Source: Candidatus Binatia bacterium (GTDB lineage Bacteria > Desulfobacterota > Binatia > UBA9968 > JAJDTQ01). Taken from it: 64,000 nucleotides of DNA. The translations under genes and the position numbers were made by a program. Each line of letters opens with the position of its first letter. Position 1 is the stretch's first letter. The DNA lies in contig OY762897.2 in NCBI GenBank assembly GCA_963666515.2, positions 3,520,001-3,584,000 on the forward strand. The letters are read 5' to 3'. Of the stretch, positions 44,201-53,837 are shown piece after piece. The notes beneath the pieces are model-generated. The model saw nothing but the letters and a program-made list of their open reading frames with translations, made no database searches and was not told the DNA's origin.

Positions 44201-46447
44201 ATGACTACCGGCGAGCCAGGCATGAGTCTCTCCCGGCGGGAGGGGCTGACCATCCTCTCACTCGCTCTGCTGGTGGCGGTGAGCTACCTGCCGGCGATGC
44301 TGTGGGGCGGTTTTGTATGGGACGATGTCGGCATCACCGGGGCGCAGCCGGTCCGGGAAGCAACCGGCCTGTGGCGAATCTGGTTTTCGCCCGGGAGCAT
44401 CGGGAGTGAAACCCACTACTGGCCGCTGGTCTATACGACGTTCTGGTTGGAGCACAAGCTGTGGGGCTTTGCGCCGGCCGGGTATCACGTCGTCAACGTG
44501 CTGCTGCACGCGGCCAATACGATCTTGCTGTGGCGCCTGTTGCGGCGGCTGACGGTCCCCGGCGCGTGGGCGATAGCCGCGGTGTTCGCCGTGCACCCCG
44601 TGCACGTGGAGTCGGTCGCGTGGGTCATCGAGCGCAAGGACGTGCTCTCCAGCCTGTTCTACCTTACCGCGGCGCTGACCTGGATGCGTTGGGTGGAAAC
44701 GCCGCGCCCGGGCCGCTACGCGCTGGCCCTGGGCCTGTTCGCGGCGGGCATGCTCAGCAAATCCATGGTGGTCACGCTGCCGGCGGCGCTGCTCATCTGG
44801 CATTGGTGGAAGCAGGGCCGCGTGACCGCGCAGGACTTGATTCGATTGACGCCGTTCTTCGCGGTGGCCCTGGCCATCGCGGCCGGCGACGTGTGGTATT
44901 CAAGGTCCGTAAACCCGGTATCCCTGGAGTATTCGGCGATCGAGCGGATGCTCATCGCAGCGCGCGCCCTGTGGTTCTATGCCGGAAAGCTGGCGTGGCC
45001 GACGGATCTGGCCGTCGTCTACCCGTTCTGGGACGTCCGCGTCGCGGACCCGCTCGCCTGGGGGTGCGCCGTCGCTGCCGCCGGGCTGACGGTGGCGCTG
45101 TGGACCCTGCGGCATCGGATCGGACGCGGGCCGCTGGCCGGGACGCTGTTCTTCGCGGTCACGCTGTCGCCGGTGCTGGGCTTTGTGGGTCACAACTACA
45201 TGGCGGAGTACGCCTTCGTCGCCGACCGCTACCAGTACCTGGCCAGCGCCGGGTTGCTGGCCGTTGTCATCGGGGCCGCGGCCCACGGCGTTGCCGCCGC
45301 CCGCGCCGCCGGCAGATTGCCCGACGCGGCGATGAAGGGGGCGGCGGGCTTGACGGTCGCGACCCTGGCAGTCCTGGGAACGCTGACCTGGCGGCAAGCG
45401 GCCATCTATAGCGACCCGTTGACCTTCAACCGCCACATCATCTCGCTCAATCCACGGGCATGGAGCGCTCATCAAAATCTGAGCGTCGCGCTCTTCGATC
45501 GGGAACGCGCGGAAGAAGCCCTTGCCGCTTCCGTCGTCGCCGTGGAACTGAACCCGAAAGCCATCAAGCCGAACGTCCTCCTTGGCAAAATTCTCCTCGA
45601 ACTGGGACGGTTCGAGGAGGCGGAAAAACACTGGCGGCACGTGCTGGAGCTGGTTCCGCGCTACCCCGCCGCTCATCGCGGCCTTGGCGTAGCGCTTTTC
45701 AAGCAAGGACGACTGGAAGAAGCCCTCACGGCCATTCGCGCCGCCCTGGAACAACGCCCGGACTGGGACGTCGCGATGGCCAGTCTCGGCGCCGTCCTGA
45801 ATGACCTGGGACGTTTCGACGAGGCCGAGCGGCACCTGCGCCAGGCCCGGGAACTCCACCCGCGGCATACCAGAATCCTCCATAATCTGGGCGAGTCGCT
45901 CAGACGCACGGGACGGCACGAGGAAGCGCTTGACCTGTACGGTTCGGTCGTCGAAATCGAGCCCGACTATGCGCCGGCCCATGGCGCCATGGGCGTTGTC
46001 CTTCTCGCCATGCGGCGCCATGACGAAGCCATCGACGCCATGCAACGGGCGGTGACGCTGGAGCCGGATTCGCCGCAGGCGCCCGGGCTGTACGCCTCCC
46101 TGGGCAAGGCCGCGCGGGAGACGGGTCGGACCGAGATGGCCGCCAGCTACTATGAACGCGCCTTGCAGGGCGACCCGCGCCGCACGGATGCTCTCCTGGG
46201 CCTGGCCATGGTGCGGTTCAGGCAGCAGCGTTACGCCGAAGCACGGCCGCTCTTGCAGACCATCATCGAGATGGAGCCCGGCCACGCGCTCGCTCATGCC
46301 AACATGGGAGTCGCCCTTTACCACCTGGGGCGCAAACGCGAGGCGGTGGAGAGCATCGACCGGGCGCTCGCCCTGGACCCGACCCTGGAGCGCGTGCGAG
46401 CCGGCCGCGCACGAATTCTGGAAAGCATGGGACAGCGACGCCGGTAG
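44201..46447 (+). CDS. TMTC-like membrane glycosyltransferase-fold protein with C-terminal TPR repeats
   Basis: FVWDD, YWPL, FAVHPVHVESVAWVIERKDVL, ADRYQYL, then many TPRs; start uncertain (44201 or 44222). Confidence 0.88.
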   Translation: MTTGEPGMSLSRREGLTILSLALLVAVSYLPAMLWGGFVWDDVGITGAQPVREATGLWRIWFSPGSIGSETHYWPLVYTTFWLEHKLWGFAPAGYHVVNVLLHAANTILLWRLLRRLTVPGAWAIAAVFAVHPVHVESVAWVIERKDVLSSLFYLTAALTWMRWVETPRPGRYALALGLFAAGMLSKSMVVTLPAALLIWHWWKQGRVTAQDLIRLTPFFAVALAIAAGDVWYSRSVNPVSLEYSAIERMLIAARALWFYAGKLAWPTDLAVVYPFWDVRVADPLAWGCAVAAAGLTVALWTLRHRIGRGPLAGTLFFAVTLSPVLGFVGHNYMAEYAFVADRYQYLASAGLLAVVIGAAAHGVAAARAAGRLPDAAMKGAAGLTVATLAVLGTLTWRQAAIYSDPLTFNRHIISLNPRAWSAHQNLSVALFDRERAEEALAASVVAVELNPKAIKPNVLLGKILLELGRFEEAEKHWRHVLELVPRYPAAHRGLGVALFKQGRLEEALTAIRAALEQRPDWDVAMASLGAVLNDLGRFDEAERHLRQARELHPRHTRILHNLGESLRRTGRHEEALDLYGSVVEIEPDYAPAHGAMGVVLLAMRRHDEAIDAMQRAVTLEPDSPQAPGLYASLGKAARETGRTEMAASYYERALQGDPRRTDALLGLAMVRFRQQRYAEARPLLQTIIEMEPGHALAHANMGVALYHLGRKREAVESIDRALALDPTLERVRAGRARILESMGQRRR

Positions 46448-46647
46448 CCCGTAGAGTCGGGATGGGCATTGCGGCGAAAGACCGGCAAGGCCCTGCATGA
46501 ACAAGGCTCAGCTTTGCATGTCTGAAGTGCAGTGGTGTATAATTGCACGATGAATGGGACGGATGTTCCGAAAGAGGATGGAACGGGAGGATGGAACGGC
46601 GAACGTGCCCGTCGCGCCAAGGCCAAGGCGCCCACATGGTCGGTGAA

Positions 46648-47070
46648 ATGAGCTACCCCGAGGAAAAGGCTTCTCGCAATCGTCCCCGCGTCAGACGGCG
46701 GACACGGCAACGCAGCGTGATCCAGCGGGTGCTGCTGGAAGCCAACCGTCCGCTGAGTCCCCACGACATCCTCCAGGCGGCGCAGGCGAAAGCCCCCGGC
46801 CTGGGCATCGCCACCGTCTACCGCGCGATTCACACCATGACGACCGAAGGGACCCTCGTCCCGGTGGAAGTTCCCGGGGAAGCCCCCCGTTACGAGAGCG
46901 CGGGAAAGGAACACCACCACCACTTCCAGTGCCGCGAGTGCGACGACGTCTTCGACATCCAGGGCTGCCCGCCGGACATCCAGAAGCTCGCGCCCAAGGG
47001 CTTCCGGCTCGAGGGCCACCAAGTCGTGCTCTACGGCGTGTGCCCCCCGTGCACGGGAATGCCCACGTAG
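46648..47070 (+). CDS. Fur-family regulator (possibly Zur)
   Basis: TRQR, GIATVYR, HHHHFQCREC, YGVCPPC. Confidence 0.9.
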   Translation: MSYPEEKASRNRPRVRRRTRQRSVIQRVLLEANRPLSPHDILQAAQAKAPGLGIATVYRAIHTMTTEGTLVPVEVPGEAPRYESAGKEHHHHFQCRECDDVFDIQGCPPDIQKLAPKGFRLEGHQVVLYGVCPPCTGMPT

Positions 47071-47091
47071 CCGAGCGAAGTCGAAGGACGC
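47066..47091. repeat. Partial REP-like repeat, family A (inverted), overlapping the Fur-family stop codon
   Basis: Reverse complement GCGTCCTTCGACTTCGCTCGGCTACG. Confidence 0.75.
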
Positions 47092-47124
47092 AAACCTTTC
47101 ATCACGACAGCCCAGAATAAGACC

Positions 47125-47610
47125 ATGAGCAGCCTCCGCATCGAACAGGAAGGAATGCCGGCGCTGGAGTTGGATTTCCAGCAACTCGCGGCCCTGGACG
47201 GCCAGATCGACGACGTCGGCGCGCTGATCCCCGGCCGCACGGGCGGCGCCGTGACGCTTCAGGCCATCCTCGACCGGCTCAACCCGGACCCGGCCCTCGA
47301 CCACCTCACGGTGGAATCCACCGACGGCGGCTTCGCCGCCAGCGTGCCGCTGGAGGCGCTCCGCCGCGCGGTCATCGCCTACCGCATCGGCGACGAGCCG
47401 CTGCCCCGGGACAAGGGCGGGCCGTTGCGTTTCCTGATCCCCGACGACGAGGGCTGCGCCACCGGCGGCGCCGACGCCTGCGCCAACGTCAAGTTCGTGG
47501 GCACGCTGCGCCTGACGAAGGGCAAGGGCAAGGACACGCGGCCGGAGACGCCCCGGCAGCATGCCAGGCTGCACGAGGAAGAAGGCAAGCAGGAACGCGG
47601 AGGACACTGA
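47125..47610 (+). CDS. Small molybdopterin-oxidoreductase (sulfite oxidase-like) domain protein
   Basis: STDGGFAASVPL, PLPRDKGGPLRFLIP, ANVKFV. Confidence 0.7.
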   Translation: MSSLRIEQEGMPALELDFQQLAALDGQIDDVGALIPGRTGGAVTLQAILDRLNPDPALDHLTVESTDGGFAASVPLEALRRAVIAYRIGDEPLPRDKGGPLRFLIPDDEGCATGGADACANVKFVGTLRLTKGKGKDTRPETPRQHARLHEEEGKQERGGH

Positions 47611-48747
47611 ATGGCTTCACTCAAGGACAAGTACGCGATCGTGGGCGTGGGGCACTCGGCGCTGGGGAAGGTGCCCGAGCTGAGCGACTACGGCCTGCAG
47701 GTGATGGCGGTGAAGGCCGCCCTGGACGACGCCGGCCTCAAGAAGACCGACATCGACGCGGTGATCACCCACAGCCACCTGCTGGGCGCGGTGCGGGTGC
47801 ACCACCAGAACCTGTCGGAGCGGCTGGGCATCGACACCGCCTTCGGGGTGTCGCTGTCCGCGGGCGGGGCCACCTCGTGCCTGATGGTGCAGGTGGCGGC
47901 CGCGGCCATCGAGGCGGGCTTCTGCAAGACCGTGCTGTGCGTCCACGGCGACAAGGGCGCCACCCGCAAGACGCCGGGCCGGGGCGACGGCGGCGGCGAG
48001 TTCGGCCCCGAGTACGGCCTGTACGGCGCCGCCGGAGCGCACGCCTTCGGGCTGACGCGCCACATGCACGAGTACGGCACCACCCACGACCACATGGGCG
48101 CCATCGCCGTGGCCTGCCGCAAGCACGCGCAACTGAACCCGGTGGCCGCCATGCAGGCCGACATGACCCTGGAGGACTACCACAACTCGCGCTGGATCGT
48201 ATGGCCGTTCCACCTGTTCGACTGCTGCCTGCGGAGCGACGGTGCCGCCGCGGTCATCGTCACCTCGGCCGAGCGCGCCAGGGACATGAAGCAGAAGCCG
48301 GTCTACGTCATGGGCATGGGTCAGACCAACAACTCCCGCGGCTACATCTGGGGCGACCACATGACCGAGCTGGGCGCCAAGGAGTCCGGCGCCCAGGCCT
48401 TCGCCATGGCCGGCCTCAAGCCCAAGGACATCGACACCGCACAGATCTACGACTGCTTCACCTACATCCTCATGGCCACGCTGGAGGACTACGGCTTCTG
48501 CAAGAAGGGCGAGGGCGGCCCGTTCGTGAGCGGAGGCCGCATCGAGTTGGGCGGCGAGCTGCCCACCAACACCTCCGGCGGCATGCTGTCGGAGTGCTAC
48601 ATCGAGGGCATGCTCCAGATCGTCGAGGGCGTGCGCCAGTTGCGCGGCGAATGCGGCGCGCGCCAGGTCAAGGACGCCGAGACCGCCATCATCAGCGGCA
48701 ACGGCGGCAACGCCGTGTGCCACTCGACGCTGATCTTGAGGAACTAG
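47611..48747 (+). CDS. Thiolase-like protein (SCP2/Ltp2 aldolase type)
   Basis: AIVGVG, DCCLRSDGAAA, IYDCFT, PTNTSGGMLSE; paired with DUF35. Confidence 0.9.
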   Translation: MASLKDKYAIVGVGHSALGKVPELSDYGLQVMAVKAALDDAGLKKTDIDAVITHSHLLGAVRVHHQNLSERLGIDTAFGVSLSAGGATSCLMVQVAAAAIEAGFCKTVLCVHGDKGATRKTPGRGDGGGEFGPEYGLYGAAGAHAFGLTRHMHEYGTTHDHMGAIAVACRKHAQLNPVAAMQADMTLEDYHNSRWIVWPFHLFDCCLRSDGAAAVIVTSAERARDMKQKPVYVMGMGQTNNSRGYIWGDHMTELGAKESGAQAFAMAGLKPKDIDTAQIYDCFTYILMATLEDYGFCKKGEGGPFVSGGRIELGGELPTNTSGGMLSECYIEGMLQIVEGVRQLRGECGARQVKDAETAIISGNGGNAVCHSTLILRN

Positions 48748-48796
48748 CGGCGGGGGCCGAGCCCCGTCACGTGCTCCCGACAACCAGGAGACCGCC

Positions 48797-49204
48797 GTGA
48801 GCGACTACGCCAAACCCATACCGACCCCGTCCGAGGATTCCGTACCCTACTGGGAGGCCGCAAAGAACCACGAGCTGAAGCTGCAGCAGTGCGGCGCCTG
48901 CAACGCCTTCCGGTTCCCGCCGGCCGAGGTGTGTCCCGAGTGCACCTCCGAGGACTACGAGTGGAAGCCGGTATCCGGCAAGGGCCGGGTGTTCTCGTTC
49001 GTCATCTACCACCGCGCCTACCACCCCGGCTTCAAGGAGGAGCTGCCTTACGTGGTGGCGGTCATCGAGCTGGACGAGGGGCCGCGCATGCTGTCCAACG
49101 TCACCGGCTGCAAGCCCGAAGAGGTGCGCTGCGACATGCCGGTGGAAGTGACCTACGAGGACATCACCGACGAGATGACCCTGCCGAAGTTCCGTCCCGC
49201 GTGA
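48797..49204 (+). CDS. DUF35 Zn-ribbon/OB-fold protein
   Basis: PYWEAA, CGAC, FPP..CPEC, SGKGRVFSF, ELDEGPRMLSN. Confidence 0.92.
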   Translation: MSDYAKPIPTPSEDSVPYWEAAKNHELKLQQCGACNAFRFPPAEVCPECTSEDYEWKPVSGKGRVFSFVIYHRAYHPGFKEELPYVVAVIELDEGPRMLSNVTGCKPEEVRCDMPVEVTYEDITDEMTLPKFRPA

Positions 49205-49213
49205 GGACGCGCC

Positions 49214-50629
49214 ATGTCCTACCGTGACCTCAGAGAATGGCTGGAGCAGGTGGACGCCATGGGCGAACTGCGCACGGTGCCGGGCTGCGACTGGAACCTG
49301 GAGATCGGCGCCCTGGCCGAGGTGGCCGGGCGCGGCCGGGACGCCCCCGCGATCCTGTTCGACGACATCAAGGGCTACCCCGAGGGGCACCGGGTGCTGG
49401 TGGGCATGGTGGAGTCGCTCAAGCGCGCCGCCCTCACCACCAACCTGCCCACGGACATCACCCGCAACGAGTTCATCGCCGCCTGGCGGGAGCGCCTCAA
49501 CAACCCGAAGCTGATCCCGCCCGAGTACGTGGACGAGAGCCCTCTCTACGAGAACGCGTTCACGGGCAAGGACATCGACCTGCTGAGCCTGCCGGTGCCC
49601 AAGTGGCACGACGAGGACGGCGGCCGATACATCGGCACCGCCCACGTGGTCATGACCCAGGACCCGGACGAGGGCTGGATCAACATGGGCGTGTACCGCA
49701 CCATGGTGCACGAGAAGGACCGGCTGGCGGTCTACATCTCGCCGGGCAAGCACGGCCGCATCCACCGCCAGAAGGCATTTGACCAGAACAAGCCCCTCAA
49801 GGTGGCCATCTCGTTCGGGCAGGACCCGCTGCTGTTCCTGCTGGGGTCGCGGCAGATCCCCTGGGGCGACCAGGAGCTTGACTACGCCGGCGGCATCAAG
49901 GGCGCGCCCGTGGACGTGATCCGCGGCGAGTTCACCGGCCTGCCGATTCCGGCCCATGCCGAGATCGCCATCGAGGGCGAGATCATGCCCGATGAGACCC
50001 TCCCGGAAGGCCCCTTCGGCGAGTGGCCCGGCTACTACGCCAGCGGCTCGCGCGAGGAGCCGGTGGTGCACGTCAAGAGCCTGATGTACCGCAACAACCC
50101 CATCCTCACCGGCTCGCCGCCGTTCCGGCCGCTGCCCGGCGCCGACGGCTGCGCCTCGCTGATCCGGGCCGCATTCATCTGGGACTCCATGGAGAAGGCC
50201 GGCGTCCCCGACGTCACCGGCGTCGCCTGCTACCAGAACCGCTTCTTCACCGCCGTGTCCATCCGCCAGCGCTACCCCGGACACGCCAAGCAGGCCGCCC
50301 TGATCGCCAGCCAGAACCATACCGGCGCCTACCTCGGCCGCTACGTGGTGGTGGTGGACGACGACATCGACGTCGCCGACCTGAACGACGTGCTGTGGGC
50401 CATGTGCACCCGCTGCAACCCCGCCGACTCCATCGACATCCTGCGCCGCACCTGGAGCGGCCCCCTCGACCCCATCATCCCCCGCGACCAGAAAGGCCAC
50501 AACTCCCGCGCCATCATCGACGCCTGCCGCCCCTACGAATGGATCAAGGACTTCCCGCCCGTGTCGGGCGCCAGCCCGGAGCTGAAGGAGGAGGTGCTGG
50601 AGAAGTACGGGGGGTATCTGAAGGGGTGA
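49214..50629 (+). CDS. UbiD-family (prFMN) decarboxylase
   Basis: DLREWL, DGGRYIGT, NMGVYR, EGPFGEWPGYY, VVVVDDDID, IIDAC. Confidence 0.95.
   Translation: MSYRDLREWLEQVDAMGELRTVPGCDWNLEIGALAEVAGRGRDAPAILFDDIKGYPEGHRVLVGMVESLKRAALTTNLPTDITRNEFIAAWRERLNNPKLIPPEYVDESPLYENAFTGKDIDLLSLPVPKWHDEDGGRYIGTAHVVMTQDPDEGWINMGVYRTMVHEKDRLAVYISPGKHGRIHRQKAFDQNKPLKVAISFGQDPLLFLLGSRQIPWGDQELDYAGGIKGAPVDVIRGEFTGLPIPAHAEIAIEGEIMPDETLPEGPFGEWPGYYASGSREEPVVHVKSLMYRNNPILTGSPPFRPLPGADGCASLIRAAFIWDSMEKAGVPDVTGVACYQNRFFTAVSIRQRYPGHAKQAALIASQNHTGAYLGRYVVVVDDDIDVADLNDVLWAMCTRCNPADSIDILRRTWSGPLDPIIPRDQKGHNSRAIIDACRPYEWIKDFPPVSGASPELKEEVLEKYGGYLKG
50256..50629 (+). repeat. 374-bp direct repeat, copy 1 (ubiD 3' end)
   Basis: Matches 51166-51539; the only difference I saw is TATCTG vs TATTTG near the end. 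Confidence 0.92.
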
Positions 50630-50722
50630 ATCAGACCGATTGTTTGCTTTACTTGACAAGAGAACCGGGATTCGCTGAACTATTGAGACTTGATGTGCCC
50701 CGCCCAAACAAAGGAGAAAAGC

Positions 50723-50965
50723 ATGGGAACCTCACCATCTTTCTACTGCAAGACATATGACGAAGCAGTGAAGGAGGTTCGCTCCCGCAAGTCGACTCCC
50801 GAGGGACAGAACATGTTACACAGGATTCTGGTTTCTCCGTACGGAGACGGCTACATCGTCCGGTCCATTGATGCGGAACTCTACTGCGAGTCGATCGCCA
50901 ACGGCCAGAACCCAGACGCTTGGCTTGGCTCCGGCATGTGGCCCAAAGGCGTTGTCGCGCGATGA
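50723..50965 (+). CDS. Hypothetical protein in a lower-GC islet
   Basis: AAGGAG RBS, 80 aa, ATGA overlap with the next ORF. Confidence 0.6.
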   Translation: MGTSPSFYCKTYDEAVKEVRSRKSTPEGQNMLHRILVSPYGDGYIVRSIDAELYCESIANGQNPDAWLGSGMWPKGVVAR

Positions 50966-51131
50966 CGGAAGACCCTGAAGGCAGAACCGCGTCCCTGGAG
51001 CCTGTTGAACCTGAACATGTTCAGGAGGAGCTTTTTCCCCTAGTTCGAGAGCAAATCGAAATCGAACATCGACGCATCGAGAGCAATGACCGTCGCACTG
51101 AAATCATTCGTGACGCGATCAAGGCGAGTAC
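50962..51131 (+). pseudogene. Hypothetical ORF truncated by an IS-like end
   Basis: MTEDPEGR...IIRDAIKAS runs into TGGAGTTACCCC... and then into the duplicated ubiD segment. Confidence 0.5.
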
Positions 51132-51157
51132 TGGAGTTACCCCGTTTCAGTGGACAG
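51132..51157. mobile_element. Isolated IS3-family-like terminal inverted repeat
   Basis: TGGAGTTACCCCGTTTCAGTGGACAG has the TG...CCCC...TGGACA shape of IS3-family ends; no transposase follows. Confidence 0.5.
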
Positions 51158-51165
51158 TTGAGGGC

Positions 51166-51539
51166 TGTCCATCCGCCAGCGCTACCCCGGACACGCCAAG
51201 CAGGCCGCCCTGATCGCCAGCCAGAACCATACCGGCGCCTACCTCGGCCGCTACGTGGTGGTGGTGGACGACGACATCGACGTCGCCGACCTGAACGACG
51301 TGCTGTGGGCCATGTGCACCCGCTGCAACCCCGCCGACTCCATCGACATCCTGCGCCGCACCTGGAGCGGCCCCCTCGACCCCATCATCCCCCGCGACCA
51401 GAAAGGCCACAACTCCCGCGCCATCATCGACGCCTGCCGCCCCTACGAATGGATCAAGGACTTCCCGCCCGTGTCGGGCGCCAGCCCGGAGCTGAAGGAG
51501 GAGGTGCTGGAGAAGTACGGGGGGTATTTGAAGGGGTGA
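51166..51539 (+). pseudogene. Duplicated 3' fragment of the ubiD-family gene (repeat copy 2)
   Basis: Direct repeat of 50256-50629. Confidence 0.9.
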
Positions 51540-51580
51540 GGGGAGGTAGAGCGTGAGGCCGTCTCGGACGGTCCCCGATA

Positions 51581-51814
51581 TCACGAGGCGAATCTGAAAA
51601 CCTGCACGGAGAGCGATCGGACGGCTTTGCCCTCGCCGTGAACCATCAGGCGCACTTTCTCCGCCGTTTCACGACTGAAGGTCTGTTCGCCGCATTGGCC
51701 GCACACCACCGCGGGAACGCCGTCCACCATGACGTACTGCCCATCGATGCAGAACATCTCGTCAACCAACTCCTCCCGGGTCTCGCCTCCGCGACAGACG
51801 TCACACTTGGGCAT
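51581..51814 (-). CDS. YgiT-type zinc finger (MqsA N-terminal-like)
   Basis: MPKCDVC...VPAVVCGQCGEQTFS; AGGAGG RBS. Confidence 0.88.
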   Translation of the reverse strand: MPKCDVCRGGETREELVDEMFCIDGQYVMVDGVPAVVCGQCGEQTFSRETAEKVRLMVHGEGKAVRSLSVQVFRFAS

Positions 51815-51815
51815 C

Positions 51816-52124
51816 TCATCTCCTCCTGGAGTAATCGATCCACTCTGCCGGGCCGGGCTCATGAAGTGTGATGATCCTCAGTGACTCGCCGTCGGCCAAC
51901 GACACCTGGATGTGCAACGGCCTCCCCATTCGCGTAAAGCCCAAGAGAAGGCAACTCGGAGAATACTTGTCATCAGGGTAGTCCTCAATCACACTTGCTT
52001 GCCTGCCAGCATCGCGTATTTCCCGCTCACTGATGTTTCTTTCAACCAAGCGTCTGAGCGCGTGACGGGTTACCACGTAGTCACCAGAGTGGAGTTGCCT
52101 ACGGACTTGATCAATCGTCTTCAC
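51816..52124 (-). CDS. DUF4258 protein (putative RelE-like toxin)
   Basis: TRHALRR, IEDYPDDKYSPSCLLLG, RPLHI, IITLHEP. Confidence 0.85.
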   Translation of the reverse strand: MKTIDQVRRQLHSGDYVVTRHALRRLVERNISEREIRDAGRQASVIEDYPDDKYSPSCLLLGFTRMGRPLHIQVSLADGESLRIITLHEPGPAEWIDYSRRR

Positions 52125-52156
52125 GCCGACATTAACCCATCACATGCAAGGCCGCC

Positions 52157-53332
52157 TCACACCCCCCTCAATACCTCCGCCATCTCCCGCACTCCAATGA
52201 CCTCCACCTCCCGCGACAGCGGATAGCGCTCCGTACCGGCGTACACCACGAATGCCTTCTCGGGGCGCACGTCTTCCAGCGCGTGATGAAACCCGCGGGT
52301 AGGCCGCGGGGCCAAGCTGTGCTTGATTTCGACGACCCAAGGCGCGGTGTGGCCGGGAAGCTCCAGGACCAGGTCGATCTCGGCGCCAGCCGCAGTGCGG
52401 TAGAAGCTGGCAAGGGTGCGCCAAGGCGCCGCGACGAGGAGATTCTCGATCACGAAACCCTCCCAACTCGCGCCCAATGCGGGATGACCGGTCAGGGTGA
52501 TCTCGTCCTGAATGCCAAGGAGCCCGTGCACGAGGCCGCTGTCCCTGACGTACACCTTGGGCGACTTCACCAGCCGCTTGCGGGTATTGGCCATGAATGG
52601 TGGCAAACGGCGAACCAACAAGAGGTCGGTCAGGAGATCGACGTATCGGGTGACCATGGGCGCGCTGATGGACAGACTGGCGGCCAGCGCCGAGGCGTTC
52701 AGCAACGACCCCTGGCCGTGAGCGAGCATCCGCCACAGCCTTTCCAGCGTGGCGGCAGGGACAGGGTAGGGCGAGAACTGCGGCATGTCCCGTTCCAAAT
52801 AGGTAGTGATAAAGTTCAGTCGGTACGCGAGGCTATCGGCATCGTTGGCGGCGAGAAAACTCTCCGGGAAGCCGCCGCGGAGCCACAATTTCGTGAGGGT
52901 GTCGTCGTCTGGGGCGGCTTCAAGAACGTCGAAGGGATGGAGCGCCACGTATTCGATGCGCCCCGCCAAACTCTCGCTCGACTGCCGCAGCAGGTCGATG
53001 GACGCGGAACCCAGGATCAGGAACCGGCCTGTGCGCTGGCCCTCCCGGCGGCCTTCATCGATGAGGCCGCGCAACTCGCGAAACAACTCCGGCGCGCGGT
53101 GGACTTCGTCGATGATGACCAGACGGTCTCTGTACCGCTCAAGAAAAAGCCAGGGTTCCGCCAGCCTGGCCCGGTCCGTGCTATTCTCAAGGTCAAGGTA
53201 TACGTTGTTGATGGTATCGGCGATTTGCCGTGCCAGCGTGGTCTTGCCGACCTGTCGCGGTCCGATCAGCGCTACGGCGGCTTGGCGACCCAGAGCCACA
53301 CGGATGTCTTTGGCTGCACGGCGTTCAATCAT
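52157..53332 (-). CDS. AAA+ ATPase with DUF4143 / PD-(D/E)xK C-terminus
   Basis: GPRQVGKTT, IIDEVH, LGSAS, ESLAGR, RGGFP, KSPKVYVRDSG, EIDLV..VEIK. Confidence 0.92.
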   Translation of the reverse strand: MIERRAAKDIRVALGRQAAVALIGPRQVGKTTLARQIADTINNVYLDLENSTDRARLAEPWLFLERYRDRLVIIDEVHRAPELFRELRGLIDEGRREGQRTGRFLILGSASIDLLRQSSESLAGRIEYVALHPFDVLEAAPDDDTLTKLWLRGGFPESFLAANDADSLAYRLNFITTYLERDMPQFSPYPVPAATLERLWRMLAHGQGSLLNASALAASLSISAPMVTRYVDLLTDLLLVRRLPPFMANTRKRLVKSPKVYVRDSGLVHGLLGIQDEITLTGHPALGASWEGFVIENLLVAAPWRTLASFYRTAAGAEIDLVLELPGHTAPWVVEIKHSLAPRPTRGFHHALEDVRPEKAFVVYAGTERYPLSREVEVIGVREMAEVLRGV

Positions 53333-53376
53333 CCTTGCAAATTAAAACAAACTGTTTTGATTTACAAGGATGATTG
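53326..53376. promoter_or_regulatory. Inverted repeat with 24-bp arms overlapping the start codon of the first AAA-DUF4143 gene
   Basis: CAATCATCCTTGCAAATTAAAACA-AAC-TGTTTTGATTTACAAGGATGATTG, 2 mismatches. Confidence 0.75.
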
Positions 53377-53409
53377 GTTGGTGCATTGCCAGTGGTGCTG
53401 AAACTGTAG

Positions 53410-53802
53410 ATGCCTCCCCCGTTGACAGAAACCCTTCGACGCATTGTCGCCATGCTCGCCGGAAAAAGCGGCGACGTTGGCGAAACTGCGGACGACCCCC
53501 ACGACGACACCCCACCCGACGAAGACCCCGTCGTCCTCCCCATCGAGGACCACATCGACCTGCACCCCTTCGCGCCCAGGGACATTCCGAGCGTGGTGGA
53601 GGAGTACGTCTGGCAGTGCCACGAGGAAGGGCTCCGCGAGGTGCGGATCATCCACGGGCGCGGCAAGGGGGTGCAGCGGCGCATCGTGCAGTCGGCGCTG
53701 GAGAAGAACCCGCTGGTCCTGTCGTGCCACGACGCGCCGCCGGAAAGGGGCGGGTGGGGCGCGACGGTGGCGATGATTCGCGCGAAGGAGGGTGGGGAGT
53801 AG
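53410..53802 (+). CDS. Smr/MutS2 C-terminal domain protein
   Basis: IDLH, VRIIHGRGKGVQR, GGWGAT; start uncertain. Confidence 0.88.
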   Translation: MPPPLTETLRRIVAMLAGKSGDVGETADDPHDDTPPDEDPVVLPIEDHIDLHPFAPRDIPSVVEEYVWQCHEEGLREVRIIHGRGKGVQRRIVQSALEKNPLVLSCHDAPPERGGWGATVAMIRAKEGGE

Positions 53803-53837
53803 GTGCCGGCGGGGCTCGGCTCGGCCGCCACAGAGCC

